This document shows, one piece after another, positions 29,006-37,160 of a stretch of DNA of 64,000 nucleotides. The position numbers and the translations under genes are program-made. The first letter of the stretch is position 1. Each line of letters opens with the position of its first letter. The notes below the pieces were generated by a model that made no database searches, was not told where the DNA came from, and saw nothing but the letters and a program-made list of their open reading frames with translations. This DNA is from Polyangiales bacterium (GTDB taxonomy: Bacteria; Myxococcota_A; Polyangia; Polyangiales; Houyiibacteriaceae): positions 6,948 through 70,947 of the forward strand of contig JBFGKE010000001.1 in assembly GCA_041576815.1 (NCBI GenBank), given 5' to 3'.

Positions 29006-29887
29006 TCAGCTGCCGGTGCGCCCCAGCCTAGATAGGCTCTCGACCACCGGTGAGTCGAAGTGAACGTCGACCTGGGGGAATGCAATCACGATCCCGCGCT
29101 CCTTGAAAGCCCACCAGATCGCCTCGTTGAGCTGAGAGTGACGAAGCCGCGCCAACCAGGGGTCATCCATCCAGATCGCCACCTCGAAGTCGACCGAGTT
29201 GTTGCCGAATTCGAGCAGAAGCACCTGCGGTCTCACATTCGGCAGATCCGTCTGAACACGGACGGCCACGTCCTCCAGAATCTGGCGCACGACCTTCAAG
29301 TCGGAGCCGTAGGTCACGCCCACCCGAGTGCGCACCCGATACGCCGCGTCGTCCAGCGTGAAGTTCTTGACCACCGACTGGACCAGGAGGGAGTTGGGCA
29401 CGATCACGTCTTCGCCGTCGCGCGCTCGCACAATGGTGGAGCGAATCCCCATGCGAAGCACCTTCACCACCTGGCCTTCGAGCTCGAGCACGTCGCCCGG
29501 CGTGATGGCGCGCTCCACCAGCAAGATGACGCCCGACACGAAGTTCTGTGCGATGGTTTGCATCGCGAAGCCGATGCCCACGGCGAAGATCGCGCCCGCT
29601 GCAAAGAGCGCGTTCAGGTTGATGCCGAGGGTGTGAATCGCGATGCCGAAGCCTAGGAATATGACGACGTAGTGGAGCAATCGGCTAGTGACTTCGACAC
29701 TTCCCTCATCGATGACCCCGCGTCGCGTGAGCCATCGGCGGGCCCCGCGCTGCATCACCTTGGACAGAAGAAGAGTCGCCAGGATGATTAGAATAGTCGT
29801 CACCACTGTCGCGACGCTCACAGGGGTTCCCCCGATCTCGAAGAGCGTCGTGTTGAGTGCTTTCATGGCTGCTCGGAGGTTTTCCAT
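29006..29887 (-). CDS. MscS-family mechanosensitive ion channel
   Basis: TM3/pore helix and beta-domain signature: FAVGIGFAMQTIAQNFVSGVILLVERAITPGDVLEL..G.V..MGIRSTIVR..DGEDVIVPNS. Confidence 0.88.
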   Translation of the reverse strand: MENLRAAMKALNTTLFEIGGTPVSVATVVTTILIILATLLLSKVMQRGARRWLTRRGVIDEGSVEVTSRLLHYVVIFLGFGIAIHTLGINLNALFAAGAIFAVGIGFAMQTIAQNFVSGVILLVERAITPGDVLELEGQVVKVLRMGIRSTIVRARDGEDVIVPNSLLVQSVVKNFTLDDAAYRVRTRVGVTYGSDLKVVRQILEDVAVRVQTDLPNVRPQVLLLEFGNNSVDFEVAIWMDDPWLARLRHSQLNEAIWWAFKERGIVIAFPQVDVHFDSPVVESLSRLGRTGS

Positions 29888-29977
29888 CCTTCATTGCTCC
29901 TTTGGGTCGATAGCCGCCACTCGTCTGACGCGAACGGGTTGCGGTCGACCCGGCAGCGGTGGCGAAGAGTCCGTGGG

Positions 29978-31111
29978 TCACTCGTGTGGTGCGTCCTCGT
30001 CGAGCAAGTCTGGGCCCTCGGCGGCCCGCTCGGACTCCACTTGCACATCGAGGAGATCGTCGGCCGCGGTATCGCCGGCCTCGAGCTGCTCCGCGGCGGG
30101 ATGGGTTTCCTGCTGCGCGGGGCTCTTCGCCGCCTCCTTCGTGTACACCCGGTAGATCGGCTCGGGCATCTCGATTCCGGCGTCATCGTAGGCTGCCTTC
30201 ACCACTCGAATCGCCTCGCTCCTCGCCTTGAAGTAGTCCGTCGTGCGTTGGTCGAACCATGCGTAGAGATGAATCACCACGGTCGAGTCGGCAAGTCTTT
30301 CGATGAGTGCCATGGGTGGGGGCTCGCGGATCACCGCGTCCATCTCGGACAGGACGTCACGCCCGATCTTCTGAGCGCGGACCAAGTCTTCGTCGACGCC
30401 GACACCCACTTCGAAGTCGAGGCGCCGCAGCGGGTTGCGGGTGTAGTTCACGAGCACTGCTTTGAAGACCCTTGCGTTCGGAACTCGGAGGTGATTGCCG
30501 TCGAGCGTCAAAAGCACCGTGGCCCGAGCCGTGAGACGAATGACCTTTCCTTCCTCTCCATCGATCGAGACTAGGTCGTTGGGCGCGAACGGTTGGCGAA
30601 CGCTCAGGAGGATGCCTGCGAGGTAGTTCTCGGCGATGTCGCGAAACGCAAAACCAAGAGCGATGCCTGCAACGCCTGCCGTGCCGAGCGCCGCACCCAC
30701 CAGCGCCGTCGCGTTCAAGAGCTCGAGCGCAATGAGAATTCCGGCCCCCACGATGATGACGCGGGTGACCTGGCGAACCATGTCGCGCACCAAGCCGTTG
30801 TCGATCCATCGAAACAGCAGGTCGCCCCACGTGACGAGGCGCGCGATGAGCCAAAAGACGATGATGACGACCAGCGCCACCCCGAAAAGAGGAAGGAACT
30901 CGAGGGCTTTGTCCCCGAGCTCGATGAGCTTGGCGGTGACGACATCGATGCGTTCCTCCGTGTTTTCGAGCGCCTCCGCCATGTCGCGTTGCGCCGTCTG
31001 CGCGCGCGCCGATTCGGCACTCGCGAGCACCGCAAACGCCGCGCCAAGCCACCGGCGACTCCACGCAACGCCCAACATGCGCCGAGACCAAGCTCTCCGT
31101 TTGAAGGACAT
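29978..31111 (-). CDS. MscS-family mechanosensitive ion channel (signal/TM N-terminus, acidic C-terminal tail)
   Basis: IALGFAFRDIAENYLAGILLSVRQPFAPNDLVSIDGEEGKVIRLTARATVLLTLDGNHLRVPNA. The ATG at 31111 follows GGGGGGAG and is preferred over the GTG at 31129. Confidence 0.88.
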   Translation of the reverse strand: MSFKRRAWSRRMLGVAWSRRWLGAAFAVLASAESARAQTAQRDMAEALENTEERIDVVTAKLIELGDKALEFLPLFGVALVVIIVFWLIARLVTWGDLLFRWIDNGLVRDMVRQVTRVIIVGAGILIALELLNATALVGAALGTAGVAGIALGFAFRDIAENYLAGILLSVRQPFAPNDLVSIDGEEGKVIRLTARATVLLTLDGNHLRVPNARVFKAVLVNYTRNPLRRLDFEVGVGVDEDLVRAQKIGRDVLSEMDAVIREPPPMALIERLADSTVVIHLYAWFDQRTTDYFKARSEAIRVVKAAYDDAGIEMPEPIYRVYTKEAAKSPAQQETHPAAEQLEAGDTAADDLLDVQVESERAAEGPDLLDEDAPHE

Positions 31112-31125
31112 CGGACTCCCCCCGA

Positions 31126-31902
31126 TCACTTTCCCGTGAACTCGGGGGCGCGCTTCTCGAGAAATGCGGTCATACCCTCGGTTTGGTCGTCGGTTCCGAA
31201 GCAGGACGCGAACGCATCATTTTCCGCAGAGATCCCCTCGAGCAGCGGCTTTTCCGAGCTTTGTGCGATCAAACGCTTGACGGCCGTCACTGCGAACGGA
31301 CCTTTGGCTGCGATTTCGGCGGCCGTCGCCTGCGCTGCGGCGAGCAGCTCGTCCGGGGCGAACAACGCATTGGCAAGGCCGATGCGAAGCGCCTCCTCGG
31401 CGTCGATGATCTTTCCCGTGTAGGTCAGCTCACGCGCCATCGCGGCTCCAACGCGCCTGGGCAACCGCTGCGTCCCACCGAAGCCGGGGATGATCCCCAG
31501 CCCGACCTCGGGCTGCCCAAACTTGGCCTTCGTCGACGCATAGATGAAATCGCAGGCGAGGGCGAGCTCGCACCCCCCACCAAGGGCGAATCCATTGACG
31601 GCGGCGATCACCGGGAAGCTCAGCTTCTCGATGAAATTGAAAAGGCGATGGCCCGCGGCGCCGAAGTCACGCCCCTGCCATTCACTCATGTCTCGCATCG
31701 CGGCGATGTCGGCGCCGGCGACGAAGGCCTTACCGGCCCCGGTGATGATGGCCGCGCGGATGCCCTGCTCGTTGCTCATGCGCGTGACGGAGTCTTGAAG
31801 GCTTGCGAGCACCTCTTCACTAAGCGCGTTCAGCTTGTCGGGCCGATTGATGGTGAGCGTACGGATCGGGCCATCGACGGATATCTCTACGAAAGATGAC
31901 AT
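31126..31902 (-). CDS. enoyl-CoA hydratase/isomerase (crotonase family)
   Basis: ITGAGKAFVAGADI and AAVNGFALGGGCELALACD oxyanion-hole motifs. Confidence 0.9.
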   Translation of the reverse strand: MSSFVEISVDGPIRTLTINRPDKLNALSEEVLASLQDSVTRMSNEQGIRAAIITGAGKAFVAGADIAAMRDMSEWQGRDFGAAGHRLFNFIEKLSFPVIAAVNGFALGGGCELALACDFIYASTKAKFGQPEVGLGIIPGFGGTQRLPRRVGAAMARELTYTGKIIDAEEALRIGLANALFAPDELLAAAQATAAEIAAKGPFAVTAVKRLIAQSSEKPLLEGISAENDAFASCFGTDDQTEGMTAFLEKRAPEFTGK

Positions 31903-31964
31903 GGGGCGGACTCTAACCCGAAGGCCCCGGTCTGCCTACGGCCGCTTTGGCCGACCGACCGCGT

Positions 31965-32738
31965 TCAAGCAGGAACGCCGAGCCGGGGCCATAGCACGCG
32001 GTCTTCTGCAATCTCTTTCATGAACCAGTCGTGGTAGCCGCTCGCGAGAATCCATTCGATGCGGTCGCCGCGCCAGAAGATCTTGTTGCGCTCGACGCCT
32101 TCGAAGGAAGCCGGGTTCGACATGAAGGATCGCGTGCGGGCCAGGTCGTTGACGAAGATCGGAGTGGCGCGGCAGCGCTTGTACCACGCGAACAGATTTG
32201 GGTAGCGCGCTTCGTCGAAGGGCACCTGCAGAGTCCGCGCGCCGCTCAGGTGCGGAAAGAGCGCGATGTCGGCAATGGAGAGCTCGCCACAGACCCAGTC
32301 GCGACCACTGAGCTCCCCGTCTAGGGCTTCGTAGATCCGACTCAGGTCGGTGCGGGCAGCGTCCAAGAGACCTTCGGGGATTTGGTCGGGGCGGATTGCC
32401 CACCGCCAGTAGCTGATGTCGACGAGGATCGAGTCGATCGCGGTGTCGGCGCATCGCTCCCAGGCGCGGGCTTTGACCCACGTCGCCGTATCGCTCGGAT
32501 AGATCGGCTGCTGCGGGAAAACCCGCTCGAGGTAGGCCGCAATGTCCGCCGAGTTGACGACGACGAGCCCGTCGTGATCGATCGCGGGCACCTCGATGCG
32601 CTTGTTGACCTTGGCCAACCGCTCCCGGTTTTCGAGAGTGAGGCCGTCGACATTCTCGTAGTCGATTCCTTTGTGATCGAGGACAATTTGCACCTTGCGT
32701 GCAAAAGGGCTGAACGCGTTGCCGTAGAGAGTGAGCAT
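31965..32738 (-). CDS. glutathione S-transferase family protein with C-terminal extension
   Basis: The thioredoxin-like N-domain has SPFARKV...VPAIDHDGLVVVNSADI. The helical C-domain has SIADIALFPHL. Confidence 0.75.
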   Translation of the reverse strand: MLTLYGNAFSPFARKVQIVLDHKGIDYENVDGLTLENRERLAKVNKRIEVPAIDHDGLVVVNSADIAAYLERVFPQQPIYPSDTATWVKARAWERCADTAIDSILVDISYWRWAIRPDQIPEGLLDAARTDLSRIYEALDGELSGRDWVCGELSIADIALFPHLSGARTLQVPFDEARYPNLFAWYKRCRATPIFVNDLARTRSFMSNPASFEGVERNKIFWRGDRIEWILASGYHDWFMKEIAEDRVLWPRLGVPA

Positions 32739-32754
32739 GGCTGTCTCCTGAATT

Positions 32755-32768
32755 GTACGTCACCGTAC
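32755..32768. promoter_or_regulatory. short palindrome GTACG-TCAC-CGTAC upstream of the acyl-CoA dehydrogenase gene
   Basis: It lies in the 120-nt divergent GST / ACAD intergenic region. The arms are only 5 bp. Confidence 0.12.
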
Positions 32769-32858
32769 CGAGCGCTTCGCCAGGGTACAACGGACGTTTC
32801 TGCCGGGTGGGCATGCAGCTCTCCCCGTCGGTTTGCTCACGTGCTAGCATCGGCGGCC

Positions 32859-34550
32859 ATGCTGCTGAATCCAAAGAAGCACGCTCGCCAATACCCCGAC
32901 GAGCGCTCCCGTGAAGTCATGCTCAAGACGATCGAGTTCTTCGAACGCAAGGGCAAGAACCGAATCAAAGAGGACTATCACGCGCAGGTCTGGTACGCGG
33001 ATTTCCTCGAGTACGTGAAACAGGAGCGGCTCTTCGCGACGATGTGCACGCCGGCTGGAGAGGGTGCGGACGACGCGCGCTGGGACACCTGGCGCATATG
33101 CGAGTTCGCCGAAATTCTGGGCTTCTACGGACTTCAATACTGGTACACCTGGCAGGTCAGCGTGCTCGGCCTCGGGCCGATTTGGATGAGCGAGAACGAG
33201 GGCATTCGAAAGCGCGCCGCCGAAGCGCTCGAGCAGGGCGGCATTTTCGCGTTCGGGCTCTCCGAAAAGGAACACGGCGCGGACGTGTACTCGAGCGAGA
33301 TGACCTTGACGCCGCAGGATGACGGCACGTATCGCGCCAACGGCGGCAAGTACTACATCGGCAACGGGAACAAAGCCGCCATCGTTTCGACGTTCGGCAA
33401 GATCGACGGCACCGAGGACTACGTGTTTTTCGGCGTCGACTCGCAGCACGAGCGCTATCAGTGCATCAAGAACGTCTGCGCCAGCCAGAACTACGTGTCG
33501 CAGTTTGCGCTCGAAGACTACCCGGTCACCGAAGCGGACATCATCGCCCGGGGGGATCACGCTTGGAACAGCGCCCTCAACACGGTGAACATCGGCAAAT
33601 ACAACCTCGGCTGGGCCTCGATCGGGATGTGCACGCACGCGCTCTACGAAGCGATTCATCACGCATCGAACAGGCAGCTCTACGGCATGCACGTCACCGA
33701 TTTTCCGCACGTGAAGCAGATGTTCACCGATGCGTATGCTCGCCTGGTCGCCATGAAGCTGTTTGCGCTCCGCGCCGCGGACTACATGCGCGTCGCCTCC
33801 CCGGACGATCGGCGATATCTGCTCTACAACCCTATGGTGAAGATGAAGGTCACCACGCAGGGCGAGGACGTGATCAATCTCCTGTGGGACGTCATCGCCG
33901 CCAAGGGCTTCGAGAAAGACATGTACTTCGAGCAGGCGGCTGTCGACATCCGCGCGCTTCCGAAGCTCGAAGGCACGGTGCATGTCAACATCGCGCTGAT
34001 TGTGAAGTTCATGGCGAACTACTTCTTCGCGCCCGCCGACTATCCTGAGGTCGCGCAGCAGAGCCAGGCCGCCAACGACGACTTCCTGTTCGACCAAGGC
34101 CCCACCAAGGGCCTTGGGAAGATCAAATTCCACGACTACAACATCGCCTACTCCAGCCGGAGCACGCCGAACCTCGAGGTGTTCCGCGAGCAGATCGAGG
34201 CGTTCAAAAAGATGCTGTTTGCCGCACCGCCTGACCCGGCACAGCGCAAGGACATCGACTTTCTTCTCGCCGGCGGCGAGATCTTCGCGCTGGTGGTCTA
34301 CGGGCAGCTGATTTTGGAGAATGCCAAAATCTACGACGTGTCGGACGAGGTCATCGATCAGATCTTCGACTTCATGGTCCGCGATTTCTCGCGGCACGCG
34401 CTGAATCTCTACTCGAAGCCTTCGAGCAACGAGACGCAGATGAAGAGCTGTCTCGAGATGATCAAGAAGCCAGTCGTCGATCAGGCGCGTTACGATCGGG
34501 TCTGGAACGAGGTCTACGCGCTGCGCGACGCCTACGAGATGAGCCCGTAG
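32859..34550 (+). CDS. acyl-CoA dehydrogenase family protein (long, ~563 aa)
   Basis: The ATG at 32859 lies within a longer ORF. The ACAD-like middle-domain motif is FAFGLSEKEHGADVYS, followed by GGKYYIGNGN and a C-terminal helical domain. Confidence 0.75.
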   Translation: MLLNPKKHARQYPDERSREVMLKTIEFFERKGKNRIKEDYHAQVWYADFLEYVKQERLFATMCTPAGEGADDARWDTWRICEFAEILGFYGLQYWYTWQVSVLGLGPIWMSENEGIRKRAAEALEQGGIFAFGLSEKEHGADVYSSEMTLTPQDDGTYRANGGKYYIGNGNKAAIVSTFGKIDGTEDYVFFGVDSQHERYQCIKNVCASQNYVSQFALEDYPVTEADIIARGDHAWNSALNTVNIGKYNLGWASIGMCTHALYEAIHHASNRQLYGMHVTDFPHVKQMFTDAYARLVAMKLFALRAADYMRVASPDDRRYLLYNPMVKMKVTTQGEDVINLLWDVIAAKGFEKDMYFEQAAVDIRALPKLEGTVHVNIALIVKFMANYFFAPADYPEVAQQSQAANDDFLFDQGPTKGLGKIKFHDYNIAYSSRSTPNLEVFREQIEAFKKMLFAAPPDPAQRKDIDFLLAGGEIFALVVYGQLILENAKIYDVSDEVIDQIFDFMVRDFSRHALNLYSKPSSNETQMKSCLEMIKKPVVDQARYDRVWNEVYALRDAYEMSP

Positions 34551-34813
34551 CGGGCCCGGCGCCTGGCCAAGACGAGACACGCCGGGCCGAGGAGCAGCCA
34601 GGCCGCGTCCGAGTTGCCTCGTCTCACCGTGCAGCCCTCGCCCTGCGGCGGCGCGACGATTGCGAAGGGCGTCGGGTCTTCCGTGGGTGCGTCGCTTGGG
34701 CCAGGTGCCGCCGGCGGGTCGAATGGCGCGCCGGCATTTGCGGCAGGGAGGGCACTGACGAACACCGCGAAGGCGAGGCACCGGAGGCCGATCGCGCATG
34801 GGTCTGAGCGCAT
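34532..34813 (-). CDS. small secreted protein (93 aa) with MYXO-CTERM-like C-terminal sorting tail
   Basis: Signal peptide MRSDPCAIGLRCLAFAVFVSALPAANA, a Pro-rich linker, then GC-TVRRGNSDAAWLLLGPACLVLARRRAR (Cys, hydrophobic helix, Arg cluster). GC3 is high. It is the 3' part of a 579-aa shadow ORF. An alternative ATG lies at 34858. Confidence 0.45.
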   Translation of the reverse strand: MRSDPCAIGLRCLAFAVFVSALPAANAGAPFDPPAAPGPSDAPTEDPTPFAIVAPPQGEGCTVRRGNSDAAWLLLGPACLVLARRRARYGLIS

Positions 34814-34870
34814 GGGGGAACGGCGACTCTGCTTCAAGGGCGGCCCGATGCCAAGCATCTTCTTTCGGCT

Positions 34871-36175
34871 ATGCTTCGTTCTGACGTGCTTACGCAGGAA
34901 GAGTTGGTCGTCCCGACGTTGGGCCCCTGCCGTTTCGAGTCGCCGCTGCAAGCCAAGGGGCGCACCTTTGCGGACGAATCGATCCGCGTGCGCGTCAACA
35001 GGCACCTCGATGTGCGCAGTTCGAAGCCCCAGGTACTCAGTTTCGAGGAGGCTGGGCCGCGGCGGCAGCTCTTTTTCGACCCTGCCGACACCACCGCCGC
35101 GTTCGTGACCTGCGGTGGGCTTTCTCCCGGGCTGAACAACGTGATTCGCTCCGGGTTTCTCGAGCTCACGCACAACTACGGTGTCCGGCGCGTTCTCGGC
35201 ATTCGAAACGGCTATGCCGGCCTGAATCCGGATTCGGGGCTTGCGCCGAGCCTCATGACCGAGCGCTTCGTTCGCAACATTCATCACATCGGCGGCACCG
35301 TGCTCGGCAGCTCTCGAGGTGCGCAGGAGCCCGAGGTGATGGTCGATTTCCTCGAATCGCAGGAAATCGATCTCCTGTTTTGCATCGGTGGCGACGGCAC
35401 CCAGCGCGGCGCGCACGCCATCGCCACCGAGATCCAGAACCGCGGCTTGATGAAATCGGTCATCGGGATTCCAAAGACGATCGACAACGACGTGCGTTTC
35501 GTCGAGCTGAGCTTCGGCTACCTGACGGCGCTCGAGGTCGCAAGCGACGTGCTTCGCGGGGCGCACGTGGAAGCGGTCGGCGCGCCGAACGGCGTCGGTC
35601 TGGTCAAGCTGATGGGCCGGGAGGCGGGCTTCATCGCCGTTGGCGCGGCCGTGGCGAGCCAGGAGGCGAACTTCGTGCTGGTCCCGGAGGTTCGCTTTCC
35701 GCTCGAAGGCGCGGGCGGCTTCCTCGACGTCCTCGAGCGCCGCGTACTCACGCGAGGGCATGCGCTCGTCGTCGTCGCCGAGGGCGCGGGCCAGCATCTG
35801 CTCGACGGAAGCGACGTCGGGCGCGACGCCTCGGGCAACGTTCGCTTCCAGGACATCGGCGTGTTCTTGAAGGACCGCATCAAGGCGCACTTCGCCGAGC
35901 GCAATGTCGAGTTGAATTTGAAGTACATCGACCCGAGCTACGTGATTCGGAGCGTTCCAGCCAACGCATGGGACCGCATTCTGACCGACCGAATGGCGCG
36001 GGCCGCGGTCCACGCCGCGATGGCCGGCCGGACCAACGCGCTGATCGGGTATTGGAATCAGGAAATCGTGCACGTCCCCATCTCGACCGCCGTCGCCAAG
36101 AAGAAGCGGCTTGCCCTGGACAGCGACATTTGGAACGCCGTGCTGGCCACCACTCGGCAACCCGATTGGCGCTGA
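34871..36175 (+). CDS. pfk: 6-phosphofructokinase (ATP- or PPi-dependent, long group)
   Basis: TCGGLSPGLNNVIR, GGDGTQRGA, PKTIDNDV, MGREAGFIA. Confidence 0.9.
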   Translation: MLRSDVLTQEELVVPTLGPCRFESPLQAKGRTFADESIRVRVNRHLDVRSSKPQVLSFEEAGPRRQLFFDPADTTAAFVTCGGLSPGLNNVIRSGFLELTHNYGVRRVLGIRNGYAGLNPDSGLAPSLMTERFVRNIHHIGGTVLGSSRGAQEPEVMVDFLESQEIDLLFCIGGDGTQRGAHAIATEIQNRGLMKSVIGIPKTIDNDVRFVELSFGYLTALEVASDVLRGAHVEAVGAPNGVGLVKLMGREAGFIAVGAAVASQEANFVLVPEVRFPLEGAGGFLDVLERRVLTRGHALVVVAEGAGQHLLDGSDVGRDASGNVRFQDIGVFLKDRIKAHFAERNVELNLKYIDPSYVIRSVPANAWDRILTDRMARAAVHAAMAGRTNALIGYWNQEIVHVPISTAVAKKKRLALDSDIWNAVLATTRQPDWR

Positions 36176-36215
36176 CCCCATTGACCCCGCGCAGGAACGG
36201 GCCGAGAGTCTACGC

Positions 36216-37160
36216 ATGGCGCACGTCTTGGTTCTCGTTCTGCTGCTTTCGACGGTTTTCGGCGGTTGCAAGGACTCGCGGGAGCCCGCCGCGATCGCCG
36301 CTCGTGGAGGGCCGACGCCCTCCGTCCTGCCCAGCCCCGAAGAAGCGGCGAAGCGCTACCCGCGCTTCGAGACCTTCTGGTATCAGGGCCAAGCCGAGCT
36401 GACCCGCTACGCCCTGCGGCAGTCACGGTACGGAGACCTGCATGATGGTGAGGCCGTGCTCGTGTTCGTGACGGAGGATTTCCTGCCAAAGCTGCAGGTG
36501 AAGCAGGAGCGCGGCGACTCGCCCGACGCCATCTCGGTGCTCAAGCTCAACCTGTACCGGCGCTTTTACACGGGCATTTATCCGTACACCGTCATGACCT
36601 CGTCGTTCACGCCCGCGCGAGGGCCGGCCACTTTGAAGGTGAGCACCACCGTGCAGGAGTGGTGCGGCCAGGTTTACAGTCAAATCAATAGGCGGGACGA
36701 CGGCCTTCGCGTGCACTCCCACTCGTACTTCCAGGACGACGCCGACCAGGAGATGACGATTCCGGACACGTTGCTCGAAGATGGCTTGTGGGCGCAGATT
36801 CGGATCGACCCGTCCAAGATTCCGCAGGGTGACCTCCAAGTGGTCCCCGGGCTCGACTACATCCGACTGCGGCACAAGGCCCTCCGCGGGTATCCGGCCA
36901 CCGTGTCAGTCGAGACCGACGCAGAGACGGATCTCGTCGACCATCCCGTCCAGGCACTCAAAGTCATCTACGCGCCGCTCGGACGCGAGCTGATCGTCTA
37001 TTTCGAGGCGGAGTTCCCCCATGTGATTCAAGCCTGGGAAGAGAACGTCGGGCCGCAGCGCACGACCGCCGTGCGCACGCACGCGATCATGGACGACTAC
37101 TGGAACCACAACGGCGCTGACGACGGCATGTATCGCGAGGCGCTGGGCCTCACGCACTAG
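36216..37160 (+). CDS. lipoprotein, unknown function
   Basis: MAHVLVLVLLLSTVFGGC lipobox. 314 aa with high GC3. I recognised no catalytic motif. Confidence 0.65.
   Translation: MAHVLVLVLLLSTVFGGCKDSREPAAIAARGGPTPSVLPSPEEAAKRYPRFETFWYQGQAELTRYALRQSRYGDLHDGEAVLVFVTEDFLPKLQVKQERGDSPDAISVLKLNLYRRFYTGIYPYTVMTSSFTPARGPATLKVSTTVQEWCGQVYSQINRRDDGLRVHSHSYFQDDADQEMTIPDTLLEDGLWAQIRIDPSKIPQGDLQVVPGLDYIRLRHKALRGYPATVSVETDAETDLVDHPVQALKVIYAPLGRELIVYFEAEFPHVIQAWEENVGPQRTTAVRTHAIMDDYWNHNGADDGMYREALGLTH

Noticed and set aside
32844-34799. 651-aa minus-strand ORF antisense to the acyl-CoA dehydrogenase gene
   Set aside because: It has shadow-ORF composition (Arg/His/Val/Asp-rich). The plus strand carries ACAD motifs.
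34814-36271. Upstream 486 codons of the 579-aa minus-strand ORF
   Set aside because: It is antisense to a phosphofructokinase gene with all catalytic motifs. Only the last 93 codons, which lie outside pfk, form a coherent secretory protein and are kept as a tentative small CDS.
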